Shown here piece after piece: positions 49,425 through 61,125 of a stretch of 64,000 bases of DNA. The DNA is from Octopus sinensis (lineage: Eukaryota): NCBI RefSeq assembly GCF_006345805.1, contig NC_043001.1:48608001-48672000 (forward strand), read 5' to 3'. Each line of letters opens with the position of its first letter. The first letter of the stretch is position 1. The position numbers and the translations under genes were made by a program. The notes under the pieces were generated by a model. That model had not been told where the DNA came from. It saw nothing but the letters and a program-made list of their open reading frames with translations, and did no database searches.

Positions 49425-49770
49425 AAACAAGTGGTTTTGGATCCAGTTGCATTGCACAGCACCTTGGGTGAGTGTCCTTTACTATAGCTCCCAATCAACC
49501 AATGTTTTGTGAGTTTGGTAAAAGAAAACTATGTGGAAGTTTGCCTTGTATACATGTGTTTGTATAACTGTTACCCACCCCACTATGTGTCAACTGGCAT
49601 TGGTTTGCTTACATCCCCATAACTAAGCAGTTTGGCAAAAGAGACCAATAGAATAAGTGCCAGACTTGAAACAACAAAAAAATAAAATAAAAATACTGAG
49701 GTTGAATTCTTTGACTAAAAGAACCCAAGGTAGTGTCCCAGTCTGGCCACAATCCCATAACTGAAACAAA
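49425..49770 (+). mobile_element. SINE family B (diverged)
   Basis: GCACCTTGGGTGAGTG...AAGAGACCAATAGAATAAGT...CTGAAACAAAT. Confidence 0.75.
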
Positions 49771-49784
49771 TAGAAAAAAAATCC

Positions 49785-49985
49785 TTTATTATTTTGGCAC
49801 AAGGCCAGCAGTTTTGTGGGAATTTAATTACATCAACCCCAGTGCTCAACTGGTACTTATTTTATTGACCTAAAAAGGAGGAAATGCAAAGTTTCCCTTG
49901 GTAGAAATTGAACTCAAAACATAAAGAGCTGGAAAAAATTTTGTTAAGCATCTTGGCAGACGTGCTAACAATTCCATCAGTTTGC
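49785..49985 (-). mobile_element. SINE family C
   Basis: TTTTGGCACAAGGCCAGC...GAACTCAAAAC. Confidence 0.75.
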
Positions 49986-50064
49986 CATTTTTGTGGTTGT
50001 ATTTGTTATTGGTTAGCTTATGGTCAACGCTGATTGAGAACGTCCTTTATTAAAAACACTTTTC

Positions 50065-50492
50065 TTTTATTCTTTTACTTGTTTCAGTCATTTAACTGCA
50101 GCCATGCTGGAGCACTGCTTTGAAGGGTGTTTTTAATCAAACAAATCAACCCCAGGACTTATTTTTTGAAAGCATAGTACTTATTCTATTTATCTCTTTT
50201 GCTGAACCGCTAAGTTATGGGGATGTAAACACACCAACACCAGTTGTCAAGTAGTAATGGAAGGGGACAGACACAAAAACTTGCACATAGATATATACAT
50301 ACATACATACATATATTTATACACACGCACACACGACGGACTTCTTTCAGTTTCTGTCTACCAAATCTACTCACAAAGCTTTGGTCAGCCCAAGGATACA
50401 GTAGAAAACATTTGCCCAAGGTGCCATGCAGTGGGACTGAACCCAGAAACATGTGGTTGGGAAGCAAACTTCTTACCACACAGCCATACCTG
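50065..50492 (-). mobile_element. SINE family B
   Basis: Complete reverse-complement layout. Confidence 0.9.
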
Positions 50493-51237
50493 GTAGAATT
50501 TGAATGAAGATTTGACTGATATTTCTAGCAAGCCAAACGACTATATGCATTTAGATATAGAGGCTCCCTCATTGGTGTGATGAAATAGTGATAGTGATGA
50601 TTATAATTGTAATAATGATTGTTGTAATGTATGGTAGTCATGGAGATATGGAAAGAGAGATGATGATTGTGGTGATGATAGTTTTAGTTGCTGTTATCAT
50701 TATTATTATTATGATAACTGTGATCTTGAAGGCAACAACAACAGCAGTAATAATAATACTAATAATAATATAATGGTAGGTTTGGTTGCCTGCAATCTGT
50801 AATATACATAAGTTGCATCATTTTTGATAAGAAATGTCTGACAAAAAAAAAAATGAGAGATGGTATAAAAGAGGGTAAACTACAAGAGAGAGAGAGAGAG
50901 AGAGAGAGGGAGATATGTGAATAATTTATGGTGAGATTATCAGATAATGTGGAATGTTGGTTCATAGCTGCTAACAAGAAAATGTGTAATAAACAACAGC
51001 AACAATGATAGTGATGGAGAGATGATGATGATTATAGTGATGTGGTGATGGTGGTGATGATGATAGTCATGTGGAGTTGAGGATCAAGATGAGGAGGATG
51101 GTGATGGTAGTGATGATGTTGTTGATTAAGTAGAAGAGGAAGAAGATTATCGGATCTGAAAAATATCCAGGAAAAGAAACGCCCGTGTATATATATAAAT
51201 CTATATATGTGTGCTTGTACTTGCATATACATGTGTG

Positions 51238-51298
<61 letters not shown>

Positions 51299-51302
51299 AA
51301 AT

Positions 51303-51519
51303 TACATGAGGGAGTGCTGAAAAGTTCCTGGCTTTGGGTAAAAGGAAATACAGGAAGATCATGATTTTATTCAATATATTCCCCTCCCAGATTCACACAC
51401 TTATTGCAGTGATCCTTCAGTTTTTCTAAGCCCTGTAAAAAAACTCTGAAGGTTGAGCTTCCAACCAGGCCTTTCACGATACCCTTAAAGCTGGGAACTT
51501 TTCAGCACCCCCTCATATA
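51303..51519 (-). mobile_element. mariner-derived MITE carrying a transposase C-terminal remnant
   Basis: About 30-bp TIRs TACATGAGGGAGTGCTGAAAAGTTCCTGGCTTT/AAAGCTGGGAACTTTTCAGCACCCCCTCATATA; minus strand reads FLQGLEKLKDHCNKCVNLGGEYIE*. Confidence 0.9.
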
Positions 51520-52078
51520 TCATGAGCATCATCTTCATTATGTGTCTGCTTTTCCACGTTGGTATGGTGGATTAAATGGGTTTTCTGAGATAGTGTTCCA
51601 TGACCAGATGTCCTCCCTGTTGCCTCTTATGAAACTCAGCCATGCATTGGTCCCATTATTCAGTCTTATGTATAAGTGTGTATTTTCCTGCCTATGCAAA
51701 GGTACTTAAGTACTGATATTTTGCTCATTGTACATATACACAGCTGGTGAATGCAGGCATGGCCATGTGATTATAAAGTTTACTTTACAATAACATTTTG
51801 GAGTTTGCTTACACTGTGTGGCACTTTCAAGAAATGTTGTTTTGTTTTTACTATAGCCCTGAGTCAAGCAGTGAGTGGTGGGTAAATTAAGTAGACAGAA
51901 ATTGTAATAAGCTTATCACATACATCTGTATGTGTTTGTTTGTTTGTGTGTATGTGTGCAAAGGTGCTTAAATACCGATATTTTTGATATCAACATTTGA
52001 GCAAAATGCTAGTGGATGTTTATGTCCCAAGTGACATTGCAACCGGTCACTCTGTGCTTTCAAAGACCTTATGAAATA

Positions 52079-53350
52079 TTGGGTCATCCCATAAATAATG
52101 CGGGGTTTTTTTCAATTGCATGAACTAAAAGTCGGAGGGGGTGGGATAAACTACTTGCATCAACTTGCTATAAAAGCAGGTAGTAATTTTAAATTGTCCT
52201 TATTCTTAGTGCAAATTTTGAAGAGTGCAGTTTAATTTTTAACAGTTATGTTTTTCAAAGCTATAATGGAAGTGACAAAGGAACATATTCAGCATATTTT
52301 GCTTTATGAGTTCAATAAAGGCAAAAACACAATGGAAAGTGCAAGGAACATTAATGCACTGTATGGGGATCGGACAATAAGCATAAGCCAGTGTCAACGG
52401 TGGTTCCAGAAATTCTAAGCCAGAAACTACAGCTTAGAAGATGAGCCTTGTCCTGGAGGGCCTGTAGAGCTCAACAAGGATGTCCTGCAAACCCTGGTGA
52501 AATAAAATCCCACTGTAACTGTTGAGGAACTAGCAGAGAAGCTTAGATTTGGTCAGTCAACCATTCATCGACACCTGTATACCATCAGAAAAGTCACCAA
52601 ATCGAGTCAGTGGGTTCCTTACTAACTTTCTGAGTCTAGTCGTGAATGTGTGCTCTTCTTTGTTGTCATGTCTCACGAATGAACTTTTTTGGGACTGAAT
52701 AGTGATTGGTGATGAGAAATGGATTCTCTATAAAAATGTTAAGTGCCAAAGACAGGGAAAAGAAAAACACCGGCACCTCAGGTTAAAGGAGGTCTTCACC
52801 CACGTAAGGTATTGTTATCTGTTTGGTGGGATATGAAAGGTTTAGTCTACTTTGATGTTTTAAACCCAAGCTAAACAATAACAAAGATCTACTGCGAGCA
52901 GCTTGAGTGGCTTAAGTCAGCACTAGAAGAAAAACAACTATCTTTAGTTTCAAGATGAAAGGTGTTCTTTCATCAGGATAATGCTCAGCCTCATAGAGTG
53001 AGGATGACATTCCAAAGGCTGAAGCAGTTTGAATGGGAAATGATGCCCCACCCACCATATTTACCAGACATTGCCCTATCTGATTATCATTTATTCCACG
53101 GTCCTCAAAATCATTTGGACGGAAAAAATATGAATTCTGTAGACAAGGTCAGAACAGTACTGGAGGAGTATATTTCAGCACAGACAAGCGAATTTTGGAA
53201 GGGGGGGGGGGTTGCAAGTCTACCAGACAGATAGAAGTACATTGTAGAAAATGAAGGCGAGTATATTTTAAATTAAAAAAAGAACTTTGGTTATTTTACT
53301 TTTGAAAAATAATAGTATAAAAAACCTGCATTATTTCTGGGATGACCCAA
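52079..53350 (+). mobile_element. full-length mariner (DD34D) DNA transposon, inactive
   Basis: TA-flanked TIRs TTGGGTCATCCCATAAATAATGC/GCATTATTTCTGGGATGACCCAA; 1272 bp. Confidence 0.95.
52266..53276 (+). pseudogene. mariner transposase pseudogene
   Basis: MEVTKEHIQHILLYEFNKG...QCQRWFQKF*, WVPY*L (WVPHEL), IGDEKW, HQDNA...HPPYLPDIALSDYHLF with 34 residues between the 2nd and 3rd Asp; several stops and frameshifts. Confidence 0.93.
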
Positions 53351-53487
53351 TACTCCCTTGAAAAACAACAGGCTGCTTTTGTAAATATTAATGATTTGTA
53401 GGGACATGGCATTTCATTGTGCAGCATGAATACACTACAAAGTATATTAAATGCTTTTATAAGTCAATACCATATATTTCTGGTGGG

Positions 53488-53853
53488 TAGCAGTGCACTT
53501 TACATCACTTGTTAAGGTTATCTCTACAGATAATTCTATAGCAAATTATAGTCAGCATTGATTTTGTTATGATGTTTCGTATCCGAGATGTCAAATGTAA
53601 ACAAACGATGAGATTGAAGATGAAAAATTTGTAATAGATATGTATGACATATTTCAGGAGTTTTTGCTCCTTCTTCACAACCTATCTAACTCCTTAATCA
53701 TCCACAAACACATTGCTTAAATAGCCACTAAATTCAACAGTATAACATTACTGAATATATTTTACATATTAAACACATTCCTGGAAGCTGGCTATAATTT
53801 CTATAGAATATCTGTTGAGATTACCTTAACAAGTGATGTAAAGTACACTGCTA
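53488..53853. mobile_element. TA-flanked MITE with about 65-bp TIRs
   Basis: 53490-53556 (GCAGTGCACTTTACATCACTTGTTAAGG...) is inverted at 53787-53851. Confidence 0.75.
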
Positions 53854-53960
53854 ATGCAGTAGAACACGCTTTTGACTTATAAAATGCTTAATATACTTTA
53901 TAGGTTATTACAATTACATAACAAAATATCATGTCTCTACAAGTTATCAATATTTATGTA

Positions 53961-54110
53961 CCAGGAATGTGTTTAATATGTAAAATTAGTATAGCCAATA
54001 ATGTTACACTGCTGTGGCTATTTAGTGGCTAATTAAGCAATGTGTTTGTGGATGATTAAGTGGAGTTAGATGAGTTCTGATGAAAGAGCAAAAACTCCCA
54101 AAATATGGCA

Positions 54111-54143
<33 letters not shown>

Positions 54144-54620
54144 GAAGGCGCATGGCTCAGTGGTTAGAGCGTCGAGCTTACGATCGTGAGGTTGTGAGCT
54201 TGAATCCCGGACCGGGCTGCGTGTTGTGTTCTTGAGCAAGGCACTTTATTTCATGTTGCTCCAGTTCACTCAGCTGTAGAAATGAGTTGCGACGTCACAG
54301 GTGCCAAGCTGTATCGACCTTTGTCTTTCCCTTGGATAACACTGGTGGCGTGGAGAGGGGAGGCTGGTATGCATGGGCGACTGCTAGCCTTCCATAAACA
54401 ACCTTGCCCGGACTTGTGTCTAGGAGGGTAACTTTCTAGGTGCAATCCCATGGTCATTCATGACCGAAGGGGGTCAAGATATATATATATACTCATTACT
54501 TTTCTTTTTCATCTTCAGTTTCATTGTTTGTTTACATCCGATGTCTCGGATATGAAGCATAACTAAAATCAGTGCTGGCTATAATTTCTATAGAACATCT
54601 GTAGAGATAACCTTACGAAG
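53961..54620 (-). mobile_element. inverted partial copy of 53508-53785, interrupted by SINE-A
   Basis: CCAGGAATGTGTTTAATATG, AAGCAATGTGTTTGTGGATGATTAAG and TTGTTTGTTTACAT...TCTCGGATA are reverse complements of the left element. Confidence 0.75.
54144..54475 (+). mobile_element. SINE family A, young full-length copy
   Basis: A box TGGCTCAGTGG 54153-54163, B-box-like GCTTGAATCCC; CpGs intact; sits in (TA)n. Confidence 0.92.
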
Positions 54621-55059
54621 TCTGGTTGTAAAGTCCTGCCTCAAAATCAATTCTCTTCCGACTAAACTAGTGTGGACAAGCAAATGGTAAATAGATGAAT
54701 AAATAAACAAGCTTGTTTTATAGACAATACTGTGATCTGGTTAATTTGCATTCATACCAAATGACTATATCTCTGAAGTATGTAATGTGTTTGGGTTAAC
54801 AATTACTGTTAAAAAGACAGTTATGAAATATTGACCAGCTCCTGGAAGACTATATCATCTACTTAGTGTTTAAGTTTAAGATTGTGGATTAGTTTGCATT
54901 CCTTGTTAGTACACGTTCCTGACACTACTCTGGTAAAAGAAATCAGCTTCAAGATTTGAAAAGCTGCTGATGCATGTGGAAAGTTGGAAAAGAGACTTTA
55001 GTTAGTCAAATATAAAAACCAGCATAAAAATAGATGTATATCATGCATGTAATGTGAAT

Positions 55060-55290
55060 AACATATTGCAGATCTCTATGCTCTTTAGAATATTTCCACC
55101 AGCAATACTTGCTAAATATGAGAATTTCCAGGTAGTTTGCTGTGCTGGATACAGAAGTGCTACATCAAGCTGATTTGTTATGTGTAGAGTCAATGATATG
55201 ATAATGAAACAACAGTTTCGATGGGCTGATCACATAATACACTTAGAGGACAGCTGATTGTCAAGACAAATATTGTCTGTCTCTATTTCA
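55060..55290 (+). mobile_element. RTE-like LINE fragment
   Basis: DTEVLHQA...QFRWADHIIHLEDS*LSRQIL resembles LRWAGHVxRMxDxRLPKQIL. Confidence 0.5.
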
Positions 55291-56143
55291 ATGTTGGCAC
55301 TGATGTTGTTATAGTGCTATCTCTCTTTGCCTGTGGTGTTTGCCTGTGTTGAATTGGTTTACATTTGATAGTACATTTAGCCTGCTTGTTGAGATGTTCA
55401 AGTCTAGTTCTGGGGGATTGATATCCCATATATATTTCAATTTTTGCATGAAACCAAAGTGGTTAGGCTCATATACATATGCTTCATATAAGTGTTTGTC
55501 AAAGTTGTGAATTCTACAATGTATTGTGGTTATTAATTCATTCCAGTTGGAAACATCCATTTCTGCTGATCACTGTTTCAAGAGGGTCTTTGGAATAGAG
55601 AGAGTCCTCAGACACTTCTTCCATAAGATCCTTTTAAAAGCAGCTGTCATTAAACTTTTTGGTTGGGTTTTCAAGCATCACTGACTGAGACTACACATAT
55701 TATCCTATTATCTCACTCATCTCCTTCCTGTTCTCCTGCTGGTTGATATGACTTGAAAAATCTATCTGGTAATCCTTTTCTGTGACATTCTGATCATATT
55801 TTCATAGTGTTGGAGCTGGGAGACTCCCTGATGTCTGAGCTACAGATCCTGTCAAGTAACATTACTCCAGAGATTCTTTGGAAAATTCCATTTTGGCAGG
55901 TAGTATTTGCAATCATAATCTTTCAATATTCTTAAATTAAATTATTAAATAATTATCATAAACTGGGTTGTTATCCATAGCTATGCAACTGGTAAAAATA
56001 TTTGTTAATCATGCACGTACCTACATAAATTGTTCAAATAATATTTAGATTGACTTTCTCGGTCAAGGTTAATAGGGGTTTTAATACTGCTGAACAATAG
56101 CATTTATTTAAAATGCTTTATTTCATATTCTACAGAATAAGTA

Positions 56144-56659
56144 TACTGTAAATCCTCGAGTATAGTCCGCCCTTGAGTATAATACACAGAGGATTTTTAG
56201 GGGGCTGTACCCCTGAAAAACCTAAACCTTGTGTATAATATGCATTCCTTCTCTAACTTGAGTCAAGGAGGTCTATATAACGTCCTTGGTTTGTAAAAAT
56301 GTATACGGTAATGTCCTTTATTATTATTGTACATATAACATAATGCAAACGTGTAGCTTTTTCGTGCATCTTGTTTGCAGAAAATAAAGAAATAACAGTA
56401 ATAACATTTAATAAATGTTGCTTACTGCAAGTTATGGATGATCCTATTATGACTTCATTGCTTTCAGGCTTAGCTTCAGGTATTTTCGCACACAGTATCA
56501 CAAAATGCATCTCAATAAACATTGCCGGGCAGCAAATAGAGACTCTGACATTGCTTAGAAAATAATTTTCATTTTTAATCTCATATATAGTACACACTAG
56601 GGATTTTGGCCTTTAAATTTTGGGGAAAAAATGCGGATTATACTCGAAGATTTACGATA
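56144..56659 (-). mobile_element. pogo/Tc2-like MITE (inverted sister of 33192-33716)
   Basis: TA-CTGTAAATCCTCGAGTATAG ... TATACTCGAAGATTTACGA-TA. Confidence 0.85.
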
Positions 56660-56821
56660 CTCATTGAACAATATCTTCCCTTATATACTGTGGCTGACTG
56701 TGCATAACAATAATATGGCTGTTATTAATAAAACTATTTATAATGTACCTTATACGGTACAGCCAGTTAATAGACTGTTATATAGTGAAAGTCCTGTTAG
56801 TTACTATGGTGACAACACACA

Positions 56822-56856
<35 letters not shown>

Positions 56857-57621
56857 CAATAACCTGTCATAGTGAAAGCCTTGTTTTAAAGTTTGTGTTG
56901 CATTGTGCGTATGTTGTAAGGCAGAAAAACACAAATACACATACACACACAAACAACCAAAACATAACTATATGTATTATATACATATATGTGTGACATA
57001 AATGTCATGGCCTTGTGTGGTTAGGCCAGTTAATAAGTAAACTATTATATAGTGAAATTTTTTTTTAAAGTCAGCTGCATTGTGTTGACAGACTTGTACT
57101 CAAGATTTCCATGTTTTTAATCAAAAATTGTTAGTTACTATGGTGACAACATTACCTATCTGTCTATCTTTTTACAATCTCTCTCACTGTATCTCTCGAC
57201 AACTTTTCTTTTTCCACTCCACTCCTCCTACATATATGTTGTGATGAACAGGCAGGTGGTCTGCTTGATTTTTATAATACACATCTTGTCTTAATTTATA
57301 CTTAAATAAATGATGATATTCTGTAAAAGTACTGACAAATTTTCAGTTGCAAATAAATTAAAAATTGTTCGTAGCTTGAGATTTCTTTTCTTTACAATTG
57401 TTTTAATACTTGTATCTGAACATACATCCTTCATTACTATCAAATACATGAAGATTTGTCTATAGTTTTGTTTAGCTTATTTTATTTTTCATGTATGTTA
57501 CAGTGTATATACTCTTTAATTAATTATATAGAAATATTCATATACTTACATTTTGTAGCTCAAGTTTTCCTAATGTGATATATTGATTTCATAGAAATGG
57601 TAATTACATGATAAATTTAAA

Positions 57622-57810
57622 CATTGCAGAATCATTAGAGTGTTGGACAAATTCTTTGCAATATTTCTTCCAGTTCTTTACATTCTGAGTTTAGATACAA
57701 TTGAGATCAAATTTACCTTTCATCCCCTCCCACTGAGCTTGATAAATTAAACTACCTGTCAAGTACTGGAGTCCATGTCAATACACCTTCCCTCAAAATA
57801 ACTAGCCTTG
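57622..57810 (+). mobile_element. SINE family C (diverged)
   Basis: GCAGAATCATTAG...ACATTCTGAGTT...TTTCATCC. Confidence 0.6.
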
Positions 57811-58437
57811 ACTGTGGTACCTTGACTGTCTTTCTTACATAGCTTTAAGCTGATTAATACCATGTAAGTAAAAATTGGTTGATGGAAACTGCAGGAAGCC
57901 CAGTGTATGTATGTGTAGATGTTAACATTTCACATTTGTCACTGCTTGAGCAAAGTGGTGCTGAAATTGACACCCTTTGTTGAAGACTGTGGAATAAAGA
58001 AATTATTTACTTAATGAATAAATCCTTTAATAATCAGATGAAGGTTTGTGATAGGAAGAGCACTTGTATGTAAAATCCTGCTTCAGTTAACTCACCATTC
58101 AAATCCATGTTAGCATGGTCAAAACAGTTTTTTAATGAAAGAACAAATTGTTGATATCAAAAAATAGAACTGGCTCTGCATCTCCGATCTTTTTATCTTC
58201 TTAATTAATTTGTTTTGTAAACAACAGAATATCTCATTACACACCACAGTCAGCATTTATCAGTCATCTGAATTGCCAGTTGTTGTTGTTACTGTTACTG
58301 CATTTTCTTCTTTCCCCTTCCACCACCATAACTGCATAGACTTATGATTGAAAAACGTCTCACTATGATCATCATATCTTTTTGTATGTCAGTGTCTGTT
58401 TTCTCTATTTTTTAAATCATTATTTTTAAGATAATAG

Positions 58438-58660
58438 ATGTGGGTTGGTGAAATTGTTAGAACATCAGAAAACAAGAAATGCCTTGTGAGATTTGGTCCA
58501 GCTTCTAATGTTTTGGGTTCAAATTCCTGTCAAGCTTCACTTTGTCTTTCAGTTTTTTCAATTTTTTTTTTAAAGTGCCCTTTAAATACTGGACTTGATT
58601 TAATTAACGAACACCACTTCTCTCTTGCCTGTAAAAGTTTTAGCAATATCCCTATGTTAG
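58438..58660 (+). mobile_element. SINE family C (diverged)
   Basis: TGGTGAAATTGTTAG...GGGTTCAAATTCC. Confidence 0.55.
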
Positions 58661-58779
58661 AAACAGATAAAGCTTTGAAGATCGTAAATTTCAGTTGGAG
58701 GGAATTTGTCTGCTATAGCTAACAAATTGAACAACCAAATTATTATATTATACAGACTTTATTCCAAATGCTTAATGTG

Positions 58780-58990
58780 GTGAGCAGGCAGAATCATTAG
58801 CACTCCAGGCAAAATTATTAGTGGCATTTCCTCTGTCTATACATTCTTAGTTCAAATTCTACTGAGGTTGACTTTGTCTTTCATCTTCAGGGTTCAATAA
58901 AATATATGCCAGTTCAGTATTAGGGTTGATGGAGTAGTTAATCCTGCTTCCTCAACATTTCAGGCCTTGTGCCTATTGTTGAAAGGATTA
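58780..58990 (+). mobile_element. SINE family C
   Basis: GGTGAGCAGGCAGAATCATTAGC...GGCCTTGTGCCTATTGTTGAAAGGATTATT. Confidence 0.8.
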
Positions 58991-59472
58991 TTCCAGATGC
59001 CTTACATTGTAGAAAGGATTATTCCAGATGCCTTACATTGTAGAAAGGATTATTACAGATGACTTACATTGTAAAAAGGATTATTCCAGATGCCTTACAT
59101 TGTTGAAAGGATTATTCTAGATGTCTTACATTGTTGAGAAGATTATTCTAGATGCCTTACATTGTAAAAAGGATTATTACAGCTGACTTACATTGTAGAA
59201 AGGATTATTACATATGACTTACATTGTAAAAAGGATTATTCCAGATGCCTTACATTGTTGAAAGGATTATTCCAGATGTCTTACATTGTTGAAAAGATTA
59301 TTCTAGATGCCTTACATTATAGAAAGGATTATTCCAGATGCCTTACATTGTTGAAAGGATTATTCCAGATGCCTTACATTGTAAAAAGTATTATTCCAGA
59401 TGCCTTACATTGTAGAAAGGATTATTTTATTCCAGATGCCTTACATTGTAGAAAGGATTATTCCAGATGCCT
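58981..59472. repeat. 31-bp minisatellite, about 16 copies
   Basis: Unit GAAAGGATTATTCCAGATGCCTTACATTGT(A/T), contiguous, no spacers. Confidence 0.95.
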
Positions 59473-60099
59473 CAATAAGAAATGCATTACATATTCTTTT
59501 TGTTAAAGAATTTGTGTGACATTATTAATTTCTGTATCTTTCCAAGTAAATAATTCCTGGGGTCACTGCCCCTTAGAGGAATGTTGTAGCAGCCGGAATT
59601 TACAAACTCAATTACCCCCTTTAATGTTGCACAAGCAGAATTAATCAGATTCATTAGGGATTCTGTCATGATACATCATGAGGGTATGTCATTGATAAGG
59701 TCACAAATTGTAAAGAGAATTGTGAAATAAACTCAATGATTAACTGATTGATTGATTGATTAATCCAATGATTAGTCAAACAATTCATTAGTTAATTGGT
59801 TAATTATGTAATTCATTAACTAAGAAAAAGTAACATGGAGCCAGTGTGTGTGTGTTTTTATGAGAAACTGACTCTTTTAAGATACAGTAACCATTTCAAC
59901 ACTTAATTTCACATAAAATAATATTGAAAAAAACAAATGTGTAATTGATATTATGCAATTTTCTACATGTACAAATTAACTATCAACACATACTCACACA
60001 TATTTGCTCAGATCTCAACTTATCTGTTACCTGAGTTACTACAGAGGGTGAATCAGTTTTGTCTGAAAACTATGAAATATTCTGATATTGAGTAAATAA

Positions 60100-60150
<51 letters not shown>

Positions 60151-60711
60151 AATGAGAGTGTGTATACATATTAATTTGTAAAAGAAAAATGTGTTGTGAT
60201 TGGAGGAAATTCATAATGCAGGAATGCAGGAAAGCTGCCAAAAATTTTTTTTGTTGCTTCTATGTATAAATTTCTATACACAGACAAGGCCTGAAGTGCC
60301 AAAACATCAATATGCATCCAGGTTTCCATGGTCATGTGAGTTGGGCAGATATCTTGCTTTATGAGTTTTCTAGCCCTTTCTGTCAGTAATCATTTTAGTT
60401 GCCTCTTATGAATTGAAAAGACATGATGTGCCTGTACTGAATTACTCACAGAATAGGCAAACACAAAAGTTGACGCAACTACAATTGCATTTCTGAAGCA
60501 GTGACCAATCTAGGGATTGTGATATTTGATACTTGTCCAAAAGGTCACATAATTGTGTGTGCACATGTACACATGTGTAAATGTGTGCATGCATATGTGT
60601 GTGTCTATATGTGTATTTATATATCATTGCTATTATGTGAAACTGTCGTATGTCCAAATTTGGTCAAATGCGTTTTCTTCAATATTTCTTTTTGATTGAA
60701 ATAGCCAGTTC

Positions 60712-60801
60712 TTTTCCTGAAATTTTCGTTGCGCCTTGCAGCCTTTTCAATAGTCTTGACTATTGAAAAGGTTGCAAGATGCAAAGAAAATTTTAGGAGA
60801 A
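60712..60801. mobile_element. near-perfect palindrome (MITE-like)
   Basis: 44-position arms centred on AATAGTC-TT-GACTATT. Confidence 0.7.
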
Positions 60802-60879
60802 TAAAAATAAGAAATAAGTAGAAATTTTACCGGTGAGTGTGTTACATTATAAGGCACAAAAAGGAAATGACTCTCCCCA

Positions 60880-60931
60880 GACACAACAGTATATATATAT
60901 ATGTATAATTATGTATGTACATATATGTATG

Positions 60932-60988
<57 letters not shown>

Positions 60989-61047
60989 TATATATATGTA
61001 TATTATATATATGTATGTATATAATGTATATATAATATATATATAGA

Positions 61048-61089
<42 letters not shown>

Positions 61090-61125
61090 CATATATAGAA
61101 GATATGTAATATATATATATATGTG
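60880..61125. repeat. compound (TA)n array
   Basis: Directly visible. Confidence 0.95.

Noticed and set aside
52266-53276. Domesticated SETMAR-like gene
   Set aside because: Multiple stops and frameshifts, intact TIRs, no SET domain
54144-54215. tRNA gene (also heads at 615, 4595, 17902, 30297)
   Set aside because: A and B boxes are present but run into multi-copy SINE bodies; no complete cloverleaf seen
55309-55900. Additional LINE fragments on the minus strand (YEPNHFGFMQKLKYIWD; LQHYENMIRMSQKRI)
   Set aside because: Resemblance to LINE motifs is too weak to assign by eye
58981-59472. CRISPR-like regular repeats
   Set aside because: Units are contiguous with no unique spacers, no cas genes are present, and the context is eukaryotic
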